The notes: a model not told the origin generated them from the sequence alone. DNA of 64,000 nt from Deltaproteobacteria bacterium (GCA_052390235.1 JBQTHB010000006.1:195579-259578); one strand, 5' to 3'. Positions 29,295 through 40,486 are shown, counted from the stretch's first letter. A program made the numbers and translations.

Positions 29295-30872
29295 CTAGTA
29301 CTGCGCGTTGAGGACGCTAATTTCTATTTCCTCAGGGGTGAAATTTAGAAACCCGATGCTCACGTCGCGGAATATTTTTTCGCTCTGAGGCGGGAGAATC
29401 CCCAGAATTTTTATCCTGTTCGAGCCAAGCGGATTTCTACTGCCCGTGCGGGAGTAAAAATCCACGCTGAGTTCGATGTTTCTATAGGTGATTCCGCTCC
29501 TATTTTCAAGCACGATTTCCTTGAGTACGCCTATCGTGCCTGTGATTCCGCTTTTGAGTTCAAATTCCTTGACGATAATATCCTGCTGAGGGAACGCCTC
29601 TTCCTCTTCTTCATAAACCTCGACCGAATCCCTGCTCACGGAGGATTTAAACGCGTCGTCATCTTCCACGGTCAGCGATCCGTCGTCCGCTCCCGATTCG
29701 GCGGCTTGGTCTTCTCCGTCGTCATCGCCTTTGAAAATTCCGACTATGCTCTTGCCGATTCGAGATACCCCGCTTGAGACCCGCCCGACTATACCCGTCT
29801 GTTCCTCGGCAAATTCCTCTTCACTCAGAGCTTCGGGGGTTTCCGAGTCCCGCGACGCGATTTCTCTCTCGACAAGCTCTCCTTTGGGCTTGGATTTCGC
29901 AGACGGCTCGGCGGCGTTGGCGTCTTTAACGCCTCCGTCTTTGGCGGCTATTTTCTTCTTATATCTATCGGCTAGGGTCTGCTTTTCGGAGGGTGCGCCA
30001 TCTTCTTCGGCGGATAGAACCGTTGAAGAGCCTTCGCCAGAGGACTTTACTCTCGTGCCTCTTTTAACCGGAATGCCGTCTTCGGCGATTCTGAATTTCA
30101 GCTCTTTTAGTCCTATCTCTTCGGCGTTTATGACGCTTATGAGGGTGTTTTTCGTATCGGGATGCTTGAATCCAACGTTAATCTCCCTAAAGGTCTTCGT
30201 GCTTCCCGCTGGGAGAACCTTGTGTATGACGGCAACTGATGTGTAGCCCTCTTTGATGCCGAGCTTAGGCCCTCCGACTCCGAGGTTGTTCACCTTGATT
30301 TTGATGTCTTTATAATTATTCGCGCTCGTGTTTTGGAGGGTTATTTCCTTGAGTATGCCCTCGGTTCCGTATTGCCCGGCTTCCCACTGCCAGTTCTTGA
30401 CCAAAATGAGATCTTTCGGAAGCGCCGGAGAGCCTGACTCGATGAGTTCGGCTTTGACAACTCTGAGGACGGATTGTCGAAGCTCGGAGTGCATGAGACC
30501 GAAGCTGAGATTATAGAAAGTCTTCTCGGCGCCCGGCTCTATTACGTCTTTAACCGTAGCCCGGAGCGAACCGAGCGGGGCGTTGCCATCGCTGAAGAAC
30601 TCGGCCTCGATTTCTATGTTGCTGTAGGTGTTTTTTCCCCTATTCTCGATGGTGATTTCTCTTATGACGCCCGGTCTGCCCATGCCGCCCGACTGCCATT
30701 CAAAGCTCTTGACGAAAATCGAATTCTTCGGGGTTTCAGGCTTCGGCTTTTTCGGCGTGGCTGAGGACGGAGCGGACAGCAAAAGAGGCAGGAGAAGGGA
30801 CGCAAACGCGACCACTGCTAAAGCTCTAACCCCGAAATTGAATTTACCGTTAAATGAAAAAATGTGTGGCAT
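29295..30872 (-). CDS. Secreted protein with three copies of a ~100-aa repeat domain and a long polyacidic low-complexity linker (unrecognised family)
   Basis: 525 aa with an N-terminal signal peptide. The three repeats begin IFVKSFEWQSGG...EITIEN, ILVKNWQWEAGQ...EITLQN and IIVKEFELKSGI...EIVLEN. The linker (EEEFAEEQ...DDDGEDQAAESGADDGS...EEEEEA) lies between repeats 2 and 3. Confidence 0.6.
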   Translation of the reverse strand: MPHIFSFNGKFNFGVRALAVVAFASLLLPLLLSAPSSATPKKPKPETPKNSIFVKSFEWQSGGMGRPGVIREITIENRGKNTYSNIEIEAEFFSDGNAPLGSLRATVKDVIEPGAEKTFYNLSFGLMHSELRQSVLRVVKAELIESGSPALPKDLILVKNWQWEAGQYGTEGILKEITLQNTSANNYKDIKIKVNNLGVGGPKLGIKEGYTSVAVIHKVLPAGSTKTFREINVGFKHPDTKNTLISVINAEEIGLKELKFRIAEDGIPVKRGTRVKSSGEGSSTVLSAEEDGAPSEKQTLADRYKKKIAAKDGGVKDANAAEPSAKSKPKGELVEREIASRDSETPEALSEEEFAEEQTGIVGRVSSGVSRIGKSIVGIFKGDDDGEDQAAESGADDGSLTVEDDDAFKSSVSRDSVEVYEEEEEAFPQQDIIVKEFELKSGITGTIGVLKEIVLENRSGITYRNIELSVDFYSRTGSRNPLGSNRIKILGILPPQSEKIFRDVSIGFLNFTPEEIEISVLNAQY

Positions 30873-31004
30873 CTGCCTCCTCGCTGTCTAAGTGGATTAA
30901 AACGAATGAATAAGACTATATATTATCAAACTTTTAGATAGTATCAATTTAAGATTATACACAGAGACGGGACAGGGCGATTTTCCTGCCTTATCGGGGC
31001 TAAC

Positions 31005-31033
31005 TTGACAATTAAGACATTATATTTTACGTT
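31005..31033 (+). promoter_or_regulatory. Candidate sigma70 promoter for rpsU-dnaG-rpoD
   Basis: TTGACA at 31005-31010, a 17-nt spacer, and TACGTT at 31028-31033. It sits in an AT-rich region ~40 nt upstream of the rpsU ATG. Confidence 0.35.
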
Positions 31034-31070
31034 GTACGTTAAACTTTTAATCCGGTGGAGGAGAGTATTA

Positions 31071-31262
31071 ATGCCAGGAATTGTTGTAGGTAGTAACGAG
31101 AGCATTGACAGCGCGCTGAAGCGTTTTAAGAAGCAGGTCGAGAAAGGCGGTGTGCTTTCCGAGCTGCGCAAAAGGGAATTCTACGAAAAACCGAGCGAAA
31201 GAAAGAAGAAAAAGATGTTTGCCGCCAAAAAGCGCGTCGTAAAGAAAGTGAGAAGATCCTAA
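31071..31262 (+). CDS. rpsU: 30S ribosomal protein S21
   Basis: The N-terminus is [22 protein letters not shown]... with a basic C-terminal tail. A GGAGGAGAG ribosome-binding site lies 6 nt upstream. The longer ORF from 31005 is an artefactual extension. Confidence 0.9.
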   Translation: MPGIVVGSNESIDSALKRFKKQVEKGGVLSELRKREFYEKPSERKKKKMFAAKKRVVKKVRRS

Positions 31263-31380
31263 TCCGAGAATTAATATCATCTTAAATTGAATCCGAAGGC
31301 GAGCGGTTAATGTGCGCTCCCTTAGTTGCTTTTATCTTTTCCGTTATTACTAAAGTCAACGGCATTTTTTATTTATTCCA

Positions 31381-33144
31381 ATGCAAGACGCTGCCTACGA
31401 TTTAGTTATCAAAGAGATAAAAGGAAGGTTGAGCATTTTAAACCTCGCGGAAAATTACATATCCCTCAAAAAGTCCGGCAGGGGCCATATTGGTCTATGC
31501 CCGTTTCACGATGAAAAGACCCCGTCCTTTCACGTGAACGATGAAAAGGGCATATTTCACTGCTTCGGATGCGGCGCAGGAGGGGACGTTTTCGGGTTCA
31601 TCATGCGCTATAAAAATATCTCGTTCCCCGAAGCCGTCGAAGAGCTTGCAAAGCGGGCGGGCATAGTAATTGAAAAGAAAGCCGCCGATACGAGAAAACC
31701 GGCAAACGGCGCGCTATTTAAAATCAACTCGCTGGCCTCAGCCTTTTATCATGCGAACCTCCTTGAGACCGAAGCCGGAGGGAAAGCCCTCGCCTACCTG
31801 GGCAATAGGGGCATTTCATCGGATATGATACGGGAATTTCGCTTGGGTTACGCCCCAGCGGCATGGGATGGGCTGGGTAAGTTTCTCGCCTCGAAAAAAG
31901 CGCCGATGCCCCTTGCCGAACGCCTCGGACTCGTGATTAAACGCGCCGGCGGCGACGGGTACTACGACAGGTTCAGGGACAGGATAATTTTTCCGATAAC
32001 GGATGTCGAGGGGAAAACCGTAGGGTTCGGGGGCAGGGTTCTGCAGGACGGGCAGGAGCCCAAGTACTTGAATTCGCCGGAATCCGAGATTTACCGCAAG
32101 AGAAGCGAGCTGTTCGGGCTTGATAAATCCAGAGACCATATACGCAGAGCCGAAATGGCGCTTGTAGTGGAAGGATACATGGATTTTCTCGCCCTCTACG
32201 CCTCTGGAATAAAGAACGTCGTAGCCACTCTCGGCACGTCGCTCACACAGGATCACGCATCTCAAATTAGACGGCACGCCGATAAAGTTCGCATTGTATT
32301 CGATGGAGATAAAGCCGGGCGGGCGGCGTCGCTCAGAGTGCTTGAGATTTTCATCGAACAGGGGTTGTCGCCAAACATGGTTCGGATACCGGAGGGCGAA
32401 GACCCGGCGTCGCTAATGGCGGCGGGAAGGCGTGAGGAATTTGAGCGGCTCTCGAATAACGCCTCGCCTCTCCTCGATTTTTTCATTGAAAAAGCGGCAT
32501 CGGACTTAGGTATTGGGAAAACTACGAGAGCCAAAGCCGCTGAAACCATAGCCGATGTGCTTAGGAAAATGAAAGATGCCGTGGAGAGGAGCCATTACAC
32601 GAGAAAAACCGCGGAAATCCTGGGCGTACGAGAAGAGGATATCCTGTCCCTGACTAGAAATAGAGAGAGAAAAGAGAAAATGACGGATTTAAAAGCCCCA
32701 AAACAGCCCGACACCACAGAGCGGTTAATGCTTAAAATCTTAATTAATTTTCCGAACCTCTCGAAATTTCTCCCCCTGAATGATAGATTAATTGACGCCT
32801 TCGCCGATGACGAGCTAAAGCCGATATTTGAAGAAATCACGCTGGGGGGGGTTGGCGATTTATCTTCGCTACTCCTCAAGTTCATCGGGACTCCCACTCA
32901 GAGCATGATTTCGGAGATTATTCTCTCCTCCGACACGGTTAATGAAGAGGCGGCGGCAGAGAGGATGCTAAAGGACTGCGTGAGAAAGCTGAGAAGAAGG
33001 AGACTCGAAGACGCATTAAAAGCGCTGAGGCTTAAAATTGACCGGGCGGTAAACGAAAAAGACGGCACTCTGGAACAAAATCTGATTGCGCAATATAGGG
33101 ATTTAATGGAGCGAGGCAAAGCGCTAAAGGGAGAGACGTTATGA
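31381..33144 (+). CDS. dnaG: DNA primase
   Basis: 587 aa with a zinc ribbon ([13 protein letters not shown]...HCFGCG), a TOPRIM domain and the EGYMD motif. Confidence 0.95.
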   Translation: MQDAAYDLVIKEIKGRLSILNLAENYISLKKSGRGHIGLCPFHDEKTPSFHVNDEKGIFHCFGCGAGGDVFGFIMRYKNISFPEAVEELAKRAGIVIEKKAADTRKPANGALFKINSLASAFYHANLLETEAGGKALAYLGNRGISSDMIREFRLGYAPAAWDGLGKFLASKKAPMPLAERLGLVIKRAGGDGYYDRFRDRIIFPITDVEGKTVGFGGRVLQDGQEPKYLNSPESEIYRKRSELFGLDKSRDHIRRAEMALVVEGYMDFLALYASGIKNVVATLGTSLTQDHASQIRRHADKVRIVFDGDKAGRAASLRVLEIFIEQGLSPNMVRIPEGEDPASLMAAGRREEFERLSNNASPLLDFFIEKAASDLGIGKTTRAKAAETIADVLRKMKDAVERSHYTRKTAEILGVREEDILSLTRNRERKEKMTDLKAPKQPDTTERLMLKILINFPNLSKFLPLNDRLIDAFADDELKPIFEEITLGGVGDLSSLLLKFIGTPTQSMISEIILSSDTVNEEAAAERMLKDCVRKLRRRRLEDALKALRLKIDRAVNEKDGTLEQNLIAQYRDLMERGKALKGETL

Positions 33145-34751
33145 AGATGAACAGCAAGAAGGGCAAGTACTCAATGGAGAGCAAACCAGCGGGCGTTATT
33201 TCCGATGCTTACACTCTGGAGACCGATGCGCAAGAAGGCGACTTTGCCCCAATCAGCGGCAACGGCGACGCGGCGGTAGCCTCCGAGAGTTATGACGAAT
33301 ACTCTGCAGAAGGCGCGAAACCTGAGAAAAACCACGAAGAGCCGCTCTACTCCTCCCCAAGCGACCTGAACAGAAACGGGCAGAGCCTCAGCGAATATGA
33401 TTTAATCAAATACTACCTCTACGAAATCGCCGGATACTCCCTCCTGAGCAGAGAAGAAGAGGTTAAAATCGCAAGGCAAATTGAAAAGGGAAAGAGAATT
33501 ATCGCCCGCGCCATCGTGAGCTCTTCGCTCATGCTCAAGGAAGTAATCAACCTCGGCGATAAGCTAAAGAGGGGGATGCTCACCGTGCGCGATATTACCA
33601 ACTCGGTTGACGATGATTTCGATGACGTGGGCGAAGAGGAAACCCTGCTCGGAATCAAGAGGTCAATAAACGAGATTAAGAAGCTCTATCTGGACAACGG
33701 CAAGGTGAAGGATAAATTCCTCATGGCCTCGGCAAGCGTTAAGAGCCTCTTAAAACAAAAACTCAAGAAAAACAACGAAAAAATCATCTCCTGTTTAGAG
33801 CAGATTAACCTGAACAAAAACCAGATGAGCCGGATGCTTTCCGTAGTAAAAACCTTCATAAATCGAAACGACCAACCCAGAAACCCCCATCACGCAGCCA
33901 CGTCGGAACCCCAAGTTGTCGCCCCGAAGAGAAGGGATTCGTCCGCAAAAAACCTGGGCGAGAGCATCCCGAAGCTCAGAACCGCTATCAGGCGAATAGA
34001 GCTTGGCGACAAAGAGGCTTACAAATCGAGAAAACGCCTAGTGGAGTCTAACCTCCGCCTCGTTGTGAGCATCGCAAGGAGGTACATTAACCGAGGGCTT
34101 CCGTTCCTCGACCTCATCCAAGAGGGAAATATGGGACTCATGAGAGCGGTGGATAAGTTCGAGTATCACCGAGGGTATAAATTCTCGACTTACGCCACTT
34201 GGTGGATACGGCAGGCAATAACCAGGTCAATCGCCGACCAGTCGAGAATCATCCGAATCCCCGTTCACATGACCGAAACCATCAACAGGCTCATCAGGGT
34301 CTCAAGGGCGCTCGTTCAGGAGCTTGGGCGTGAGCCGTTCCCCGAAGAGGTCGCCGAGAGGGTCGGGATGCCAGTTGATAAAGTCGCCAGAGTGCTTAGG
34401 ATTTCCAAAGACCCGATTTCGCTCGAAACCCCCATTGGAGACGAGGAAGACAGCAAGCTCATGGACTTCATTGAGGACTCCAATACCCTCTCGCCAATTC
34501 AGGCTTTCCAGATGAACGAGCTTAAGCAAATCATCGGCGAGGCTCTGTGCTCGGTCTTAAACACCAGAGAAAAGGACATAGTGAAACTGCGCTTTGGAAT
34601 TGACGAGGATAAAGAACACACGCTTGAGGAAGTGGGGCAGGAGTTCTCGGTAACCAGAGAGAGAATCCGCCAAATCGAGGTCAAAGCCATCAAGAAACTC
34701 AAGCGCGCGAGCAGAACCTTCCCGATAAAAAGCTACATCGAAAACAGCTAA
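33141..34751 (+). CDS. rpoD: RNA polymerase sigma-70 factor RpoD
   Basis: 536 aa with regions 1.2-4 and the conserved [19 protein letters not shown] and [13 protein letters not shown] motifs. It overlaps the dnaG stop. Confidence 0.95.
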   Translation: MKMNSKKGKYSMESKPAGVISDAYTLETDAQEGDFAPISGNGDAAVASESYDEYSAEGAKPEKNHEEPLYSSPSDLNRNGQSLSEYDLIKYYLYEIAGYSLLSREEEVKIARQIEKGKRIIARAIVSSSLMLKEVINLGDKLKRGMLTVRDITNSVDDDFDDVGEEETLLGIKRSINEIKKLYLDNGKVKDKFLMASASVKSLLKQKLKKNNEKIISCLEQINLNKNQMSRMLSVVKTFINRNDQPRNPHHAATSEPQVVAPKRRDSSAKNLGESIPKLRTAIRRIELGDKEAYKSRKRLVESNLRLVVSIARRYINRGLPFLDLIQEGNMGLMRAVDKFEYHRGYKFSTYATWWIRQAITRSIADQSRIIRIPVHMTETINRLIRVSRALVQELGREPFPEEVAERVGMPVDKVARVLRISKDPISLETPIGDEEDSKLMDFIEDSNTLSPIQAFQMNELKQIIGEALCSVLNTREKDIVKLRFGIDEDKEHTLEEVGQEFSVTRERIRQIEVKAIKKLKRASRTFPIKSYIENS

Positions 34752-34863
34752 CCCTAGGGGTGAATTCGGAGTAATGGGAAGGTAATTAATAATATAGATT
34801 GCGCCATTGAAGTCCGGTCGTCCAGAATCCGGCATGACAGGGAATAAATAGAGAGGTTATCGC

Positions 34864-35343
34864 CTATTTTAAATCCCCGAAGACGAACCCGCCGAGGAAG
34901 TCGGCTTTGGACTCTTTGACTATCATCCACACGCCGTTCACTTTGGCAAATGCTATCACTTCCTGCGCCAGAAACTCGCCCTCGTCCTTATCCACTTTCA
35001 CGCGAACCTTTACCTTCTGAAACACCTCTATTTGCTCGCCGCGCCTGTAAACGTCCCTATCGAGCGACGAGAGCGCGATTTCATCGAATATAGAGATATT
35101 GGCGAGGAACCTCTTTTTAATATCCTCCAAGCCCAGATGCTTGCCCTCTGCATCTTCCCTGTAATTGGGGGCTATTAAAGAGAGATATTTCTCAACGTCT
35201 CTGGTCTCGAAGGCGTTTTCCCTAGACGCAAGAACCGCCTCAATGTCGCGCTCGGATGTGTCGGCGCAGGAAAGGGCGGCGGCAAGAGCGAGGCAAATAA
35301 TAAGGGCGAGAATCGGCAACTTAGTCATTTTTCCGCTTCTCAA
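34864..35343 (-). CDS. Lipoprotein with NTF2-like (SnoaL/DUF4440-type) fold
   Basis: 159 aa with a signal peptide plus the lipobox LSCAD. Its start overlaps the bamD stop. Confidence 0.5.
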   Translation of the reverse strand: MRSGKMTKLPILALIICLALAAALSCADTSERDIEAVLASRENAFETRDVEKYLSLIAPNYREDAEGKHLGLEDIKKRFLANISIFDEIALSSLDRDVYRRGEQIEVFQKVKVRVKVDKDEGEFLAQEVIAFAKVNGVWMIVKESKADFLGGFVFGDLK

Positions 35344-36149
35344 TTGGTTGAATCTCTCTCCTTTTTTTCTATCTTGGAGAGCAAATCCGAGGCTTCGGAG
35401 CGGTATTTCGTGCGTGGAAACTCATCTACCACGCGGGTCAGGGCTTCGCGGGCAGGGGAGAACTGCTCAGCTTCAAAATAGAACTTCCCCATGAGAAACA
35501 GGGACTCCTCAAACACTTTCGTGTCGGGATAGTTGGTTACGACGCCTCTGAACCTCTCGGCGGCGGCTTTGGGATTATCGCGGCTCGCGTAGTATCTGCC
35601 GATGGTAACCTCGCGTTTAGCTAGGATGTTGCGGCACTCGACGATTTTCTTTTTAACCTCTTCGGCTTCGGGAGCGGCGGGGAATTTATCGAGATAGGCG
35701 GTGAAGCGGTTTATAGCCTCCCTAGTGCTTGTGGGGTCTCTGTCGTAGTCGCGTCTCAGGTTGTAGTGAGAAACGGCGAGGCGGTAGGTGGCGTAGGAGG
35801 CCTCTTTGTGGTTCGGATGCCGGCTTAGAAAAGCCTCGTATTCAATGGCGGCTTGCTCGTATTCTTCTTTTTTGAAATACGCGTCGGCGGCTCTGAGTTC
35901 GGCTAGAGTGGCGTAGGAGCTATAGGTGTATTTGAGCTGTATGTCCCTGAGGACGGCAAATATCCTCTCGTAATCCGTGCCGCTTAGAAAACCTATCCTA
36001 CCCTCTTTTTTGGACAACTCCTTGATTGCTATCTGATAGAGCTGTTCGGGGGATTCTTTGCCCGTGGTTAGTTTCTTGCCCCCACCACAGGAGGAGACGG
36101 CTACAACGGCAAAAACGACGACGAGAAGAGAGGCTAATTTTTTCATCAT
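35340..36149 (-). CDS. bamD: Outer membrane protein assembly factor BamD (TPR lipoprotein)
   Basis: 269 aa with the lipobox VSSCGGG and TPR repeats (AAIEYEAFLSRHPNHKEASYATYRLAVSHY). Confidence 0.8.
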   Translation of the reverse strand: MMKKLASLLVVVFAVVAVSSCGGGKKLTTGKESPEQLYQIAIKELSKKEGRIGFLSGTDYERIFAVLRDIQLKYTYSSYATLAELRAADAYFKKEEYEQAAIEYEAFLSRHPNHKEASYATYRLAVSHYNLRRDYDRDPTSTREAINRFTAYLDKFPAAPEAEEVKKKIVECRNILAKREVTIGRYYASRDNPKAAAERFRGVVTNYPDTKVFEESLFLMGKFYFEAEQFSPAREALTRVVDEFPRTKYRSEASDLLSKIEKKERDSTN

Positions 36150-36343
36150 TTTAACATATTAGTAAGGGGCGAGGTCAATGTCAAGCAGGGAAACGCACAG
36201 AATCACCGGCGTATTAGGCAGTGCGCCGAGGTGTCAGGAGGCGGGAGGGTTATTTGACAAAATTACGGCGTCGCTTATTATTAAAACTGAAATTGCGTCC
36301 CAAGCCTCATAATTCACAGGAAAATCCATAGGGTTATTATCTA

Positions 36344-37552
36344 ATGTCTATTTGCTCGATAGAAGAAGCAATAAGTGAAATTCGCAGCGGTAAAATGGTA
36401 ATTCTCGTTGACGACGAGGATAGAGAAAACGAAGGGGATCTAGTTATAGCGGCGGAATTTGCGACGCCTGAGATGATAAATTTCATGGCGAAGCACGGGC
36501 GGGGACTCATCTGCATCGCCATCACGCAGGGCAACGCCGACCAGTTAGGACTCCAGCAGATAAAACCCGAAAACACCCCCGTTCCGCAATACACAGCTTT
36601 TACAGTCCCCATTGACGCAAGGCACGGCATCACCACTGGAATCTCCGCCTATGACAGAGCCTCCACAATAAAACTCGCCATCGCGGACGATTCGAGACCC
36701 GAGGATTTCATCCGCCCCGGTCATGTCTTCCCCCTCATATCCCGGCCCGGCGGGGTGCTTGTAAGAGCGGGACACACCGAAGGCTCGGTTGACATGGCGA
36801 GGCTCGCAGGGCTCAAGCCGGCATCCGTAATCTGCGAAATCATGCGCGACGACGGCGACATGGCAAGGCTCCCAGACCTCGAGAAGTTTGCCGCGCATCA
36901 CGGGATTAAAATGGCGACCATTGCCGACCTCATAAGCTACCGCCTGCGCTCGGAGAGTTTAGTAAAGAAATCCGCCTCGGCTCACCTCCCCACATCATTT
37001 GGCGAGTTTCAAGTCATGGTCTATGAGAGCGAAATTGACTCTCAGCATCACGTGGCGCTAGTTAAGGGGGAGATTAATCACGAAGAAGATGTGTTGGTGA
37101 GGGTTCACTCCGAATGCCTCACGAGCGACGTTTTTGGCTCTATTAGATGCGACTGCGGCCCTCAAATTCATCAGGCTATGCGGATAATCGAAAAAGAGGG
37201 CAAGGGAGTAATCCTGTACATGAGGCAAGAGGGACGCGGCATCGGGCTGGTGAATAAAATCAAAGCCTACGCCCTTCAGGACAGTGGTTTCGACACAGTT
37301 GAGGCGAATGAGGCGCTCGGATTCAAGCCCGACCTAAGGGATTACGGCATAGGCGCGCAGATGCTCCTCGATTTGGGCATCAGAAAAATGAGGCTTCTGA
37401 CGAATAATCCGCGGAAAGTAAAAGGGCTCGAGGGGTTCGGGCTTCAAATCAGCGAGAGAATCCCGATAGAAATTCCGCCCAACGAGAGAAACTCCAAGTA
37501 CCTTAAAATAAAAAAAGACAAACTAGGCCATCTTCTTTCCATGGTGGATTAG
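36344..37552 (+). CDS. ribBA: Bifunctional 3,4-dihydroxy-2-butanone-4-phosphate synthase / GTP cyclohydrolase II
   Basis: 402 aa. The DHBP synthase motifs are [12 protein letters not shown] and [10 protein letters not shown]. The GCH-II zinc motif is [15 protein letters not shown]. Confidence 0.95.
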   Translation: MSICSIEEAISEIRSGKMVILVDDEDRENEGDLVIAAEFATPEMINFMAKHGRGLICIAITQGNADQLGLQQIKPENTPVPQYTAFTVPIDARHGITTGISAYDRASTIKLAIADDSRPEDFIRPGHVFPLISRPGGVLVRAGHTEGSVDMARLAGLKPASVICEIMRDDGDMARLPDLEKFAAHHGIKMATIADLISYRLRSESLVKKSASAHLPTSFGEFQVMVYESEIDSQHHVALVKGEINHEEDVLVRVHSECLTSDVFGSIRCDCGPQIHQAMRIIEKEGKGVILYMRQEGRGIGLVNKIKAYALQDSGFDTVEANEALGFKPDLRDYGIGAQMLLDLGIRKMRLLTNNPRKVKGLEGFGLQISERIPIEIPPNERNSKYLKIKKDKLGHLLSMVD

Positions 37553-37567
37553 CCCCAAGGAGAATTA

Positions 37568-38044
37568 ATGCCTCACGTTTACGAAGGTAGATTCGACGCC
37601 GCCGGCATGAAATTCGGTATCGTCGTGAGCCGTTTCAACGGCTTTATAACCGACAGAATGGTGGAAGGGGCGCTAGATGTGCTTATAAGACACAACGCTT
37701 CGGACTCGGACATTGACATAATCAAAGTGCCCGGCTCTTTTGAAATTCCCTTAGCGGTGAAAATGGCGGCGAAATCCGCCAGATACGACGCCGTCATCGC
37801 CATCGGGGTAATCATCAGAGGGGAGACCCCGAATTTCGACTATCTATCGTCCGCGGTCATAAAGGGCATAGCCTCTATCGGGCTTGAGACCTCAGTTCCA
37901 GTGGCATCAGGGGTTCTCACCACAGAGACCGTCGAGCAGGCTATAAACCGCGCAGGGGTGAAATACGGCAACCGCGGCGGCGAGGCGGCGGCCTCGGCTA
38001 TCGAGATGATAAACCTCGCCAGAGCGTTCCACAATAAAAAATAA
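37568..38044 (+). CDS. ribH: 6,7-dimethyl-8-ribityllumazine synthase
   Basis: 158 aa containing GIVVSRFN and an EIPLAVK motif. Confidence 0.95.
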   Translation: MPHVYEGRFDAAGMKFGIVVSRFNGFITDRMVEGALDVLIRHNASDSDIDIIKVPGSFEIPLAVKMAAKSARYDAVIAIGVIIRGETPNFDYLSSAVIKGIASIGLETSVPVASGVLTTETVEQAINRAGVKYGNRGGEAAASAIEMINLARAFHNKK

Positions 38045-38149
38045 CCGGACGCGCTATCTTGATTCCCTGCCGGCGCACCCGCAAACGCGGTTAAGGCGTG
38101 GTGAGCGCGTCGAGCATCTGAACATTCACAGACACATCGAATCGTAATC

Positions 38150-38593
38150 ATGGGCAAAAGAAGACGCGCCAGAGAAATTACCATTCAATTCCTATATCAA
38201 TACGAATCCCAAGCCGAGTTCACTTCGGAAGGGGTGAACCGCGAAGAGGTGGTGAAATTATTCTGGGCGGCGAGAGAATCCGAACGGGATGACGGCGATG
38301 TTTTGCGCTTTGCCAATAGCCTCATCAGCGGGGCGTGCGATAATCTTCAGAGCATTGACGACGTCCTCAGCAAATATTCAAAGCACTGGCGAATCTCGCG
38401 AATGTCCAAAACTGACAGAAATGTCCTCAGAATGGCGGCTTATGAGCTGGTCTATTTGAGAGATATCCCCCCCCCTGTTACTATTAACGAGGCGGTCGAG
38501 CTTGCCAAGAAATACGGCACGGAGGAATCAGGCGCGTTCGTAAACGGGATTTTGGACAGAATTCGCCAAGCCCTAGAAAGCGGAGAGCTTTGA
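38150..38593 (+). CDS. nusB: Transcription antitermination factor NusB
   Basis: 147 aa starting RRRAREITIQFLYQ with an ELAKKYGTEESGAFVNGILD motif. Confidence 0.9.
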   Translation: MGKRRRAREITIQFLYQYESQAEFTSEGVNREEVVKLFWAARESERDDGDVLRFANSLISGACDNLQSIDDVLSKYSKHWRISRMSKTDRNVLRMAAYELVYLRDIPPPVTINEAVELAKKYGTEESGAFVNGILDRIRQALESGEL

Positions 38594-38594
38594 G

Positions 38595-39632
38595 ATGATT
38601 AAAGAAGCCATTGCTAAAATCATAGAACGTATAGATTTGCAGGAATCCGAGATGTCGCAGGTGATGCGCCAAATTATGGATGGAATAGCCACTCCGAGCC
38701 AGATGGCGGCGTTTCTCGTGGGGCTTCGAATGAAGGGAGAAACGGTCTCCGAGATTACCGGCGGGGCGAAGGTGATGATGGAGAAAGCGGTCAAAATCAA
38801 ACCCGCTCGCCCGATAACAGTTGACCTCTGCGGCACAGGGGGCGACTACACGGGGACATTTAACGTCTCGACGGCGGCATCGTTAATTGCGGCTGGGGCG
38901 GGATGCTCAGTAGCCAAGCACGGAAACCGCTCGGTTTCAAGCCCGGTTGGGAGCGCGGACGTGCTTGAGGAGCTTGGGGTAAATATCAACCTCTCGCCCA
39001 AAGGGGCCGAAGCGTGCCTAAACGAGGTGGGAATCGCCTTCCTCTTCGCCCCAGTCTATCACACGGCAATGAAAAACGTTGCCCAGTCCAGACGGGACAT
39101 AGGCATAAGAACGGTCTTCAACCTACTAGGTCCCATTTCAAACCCGGCGGGGGTGAAGCGCCAAGTCCTAGGGGTTTATTCCGACATACTGCTCGAGCCG
39201 ATAGCCAAGGTTCTAAGAAACCTCGGACACGCAAGGGCGATGGTCGTTCACGGCGTTGACAGCCTCGACGAGATAACCGTAACGGGGAAAACCACGATTG
39301 CCGAGCTTAAGGACGGAATGGTAAAAACCTACGCGTTCGACCCCGCTGAACTCGGCTTCAAGAGGCGAAAGCTCGAAGAAATCAAGGGCGGAAACACGAG
39401 GGAAAACGCCCAGATTTTGCTCTCGATTCTAAGAGGAGAGGAGCGAGAAGCGAAAAGGGAAACTTCTCTCCTCAACGCCGCCGCCGCAATACTGGTATCA
39501 GGAGAGGCTTCGGACATGAAAGAGGCTCTGGAGCGCGCTGAGGATTCCATTGATTCTCAGAAAGCGCTCGATAAGCTCAACGAACTGACGAAATTCTCAA
39601 GGGCTTGGATAGAGGAGATTCCCGCGAATTAA
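38595..39632 (+). CDS. trpD: Anthranilate phosphoribosyltransferase
   Basis: 345 aa containing CGTGGD, KHGNRSVSS and PVYH motifs. Confidence 0.9.
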   Translation: MIKEAIAKIIERIDLQESEMSQVMRQIMDGIATPSQMAAFLVGLRMKGETVSEITGGAKVMMEKAVKIKPARPITVDLCGTGGDYTGTFNVSTAASLIAAGAGCSVAKHGNRSVSSPVGSADVLEELGVNINLSPKGAEACLNEVGIAFLFAPVYHTAMKNVAQSRRDIGIRTVFNLLGPISNPAGVKRQVLGVYSDILLEPIAKVLRNLGHARAMVVHGVDSLDEITVTGKTTIAELKDGMVKTYAFDPAELGFKRRKLEEIKGGNTRENAQILLSILRGEEREAKRETSLLNAAAAILVSGEASDMKEALERAEDSIDSQKALDKLNELTKFSRAWIEEIPAN

Positions 39633-39684
39633 CCCGCACTCACCGCCGCTCGGTGATTTGCGAAATCTTAAATTAAACTCCGAT

Positions 39685-40470
39685 ATGATTCTCGATAAAA
39701 TCATCGCGCATAAAAAAATTGAGGTCGAAAGGGCAAAACTCTCTCTGCCGCTTCGGGAGATTATAGCTCGCGCCGCCGACTCGCCGCCGACGCTCGATTT
39801 CCAAGCGGCGCTCCAAAGCCCCGACGGAGCGGCAAAGGTCATCGCCGAGATAAAGCGCGCATCCCCCTCGAAGGGGATTATCCGCGAGGATTTCGACCCC
39901 GTCCGGATAGCCCGAAGCTACGCCGCCGCAGGGGCTTCGGCTATATCCGTCCTCACAGACGAGGAATTCTTTGGGGGGAGACTCGAATACCTGCGAGCAG
40001 TGCGCGAGGCAGTCCGGGCACCGCTTTTGAGAAAGGATTTCACCGTTGACGCATATCAGATTTACGAGGGGAGGCTCTTCGGAGCGGATGCAATTTTGCT
40101 AATTGCCTCGGCGCTTGAGACATCCCAAATTGCCGAATTTATTGATATTGCCGAGTCCCTAGGCATGAGCGCCATCGTTGAGGTGCATAACGAAGCAGAG
40201 CTCGAAAAAGCCCTATCCGCGCCAAGCCGGATTATTGGCATCAACAACCGCGACCTAAAGACCTTCAGCGTGAGTTTGGACGTATCGGCGAGGCTCCGCA
40301 AACTCATCCCCGAATCAAAGCTCGTGATAGCCGAAAGCGGCATCCGAAGCGCGGGCGACATTGAGGCTCTCAAGAATGCGGGAATCTGGGCATTTCTCAT
40401 CGGGGAGACTTTCATGAGGGCCGAAGACCCGGGGGCGGCTCTTTCGGACTTGCTCCGGCAGTCCCTGTAA
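39685..40470 (+). CDS. trpC: Indole-3-glycerol phosphate synthase
   Basis: The start is chosen at MILDKIIAHKK within the ORF that begins at 39658. The protein contains KRASPSKG, an IGINNRDL motif and an ESGI motif. Confidence 0.9.
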   Translation: MILDKIIAHKKIEVERAKLSLPLREIIARAADSPPTLDFQAALQSPDGAAKVIAEIKRASPSKGIIREDFDPVRIARSYAAAGASAISVLTDEEFFGGRLEYLRAVREAVRAPLLRKDFTVDAYQIYEGRLFGADAILLIASALETSQIAEFIDIAESLGMSAIVEVHNEAELEKALSAPSRIIGINNRDLKTFSVSLDVSARLRKLIPESKLVIAESGIRSAGDIEALKNAGIWAFLIGETFMRAEDPGAALSDLLRQSL

Positions 40471-40486
40471 TCTGCAACCAACCAAA

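Noticed and set aside
31005-31070. A 22-codon N-terminal extension of rpsU ([22 protein letters not shown])
   Set aside because: The true S21 N-terminus, MPGIVV, follows a strong GGAGGAGAG ribosome-binding site. The extension runs through the AT-rich promoter.
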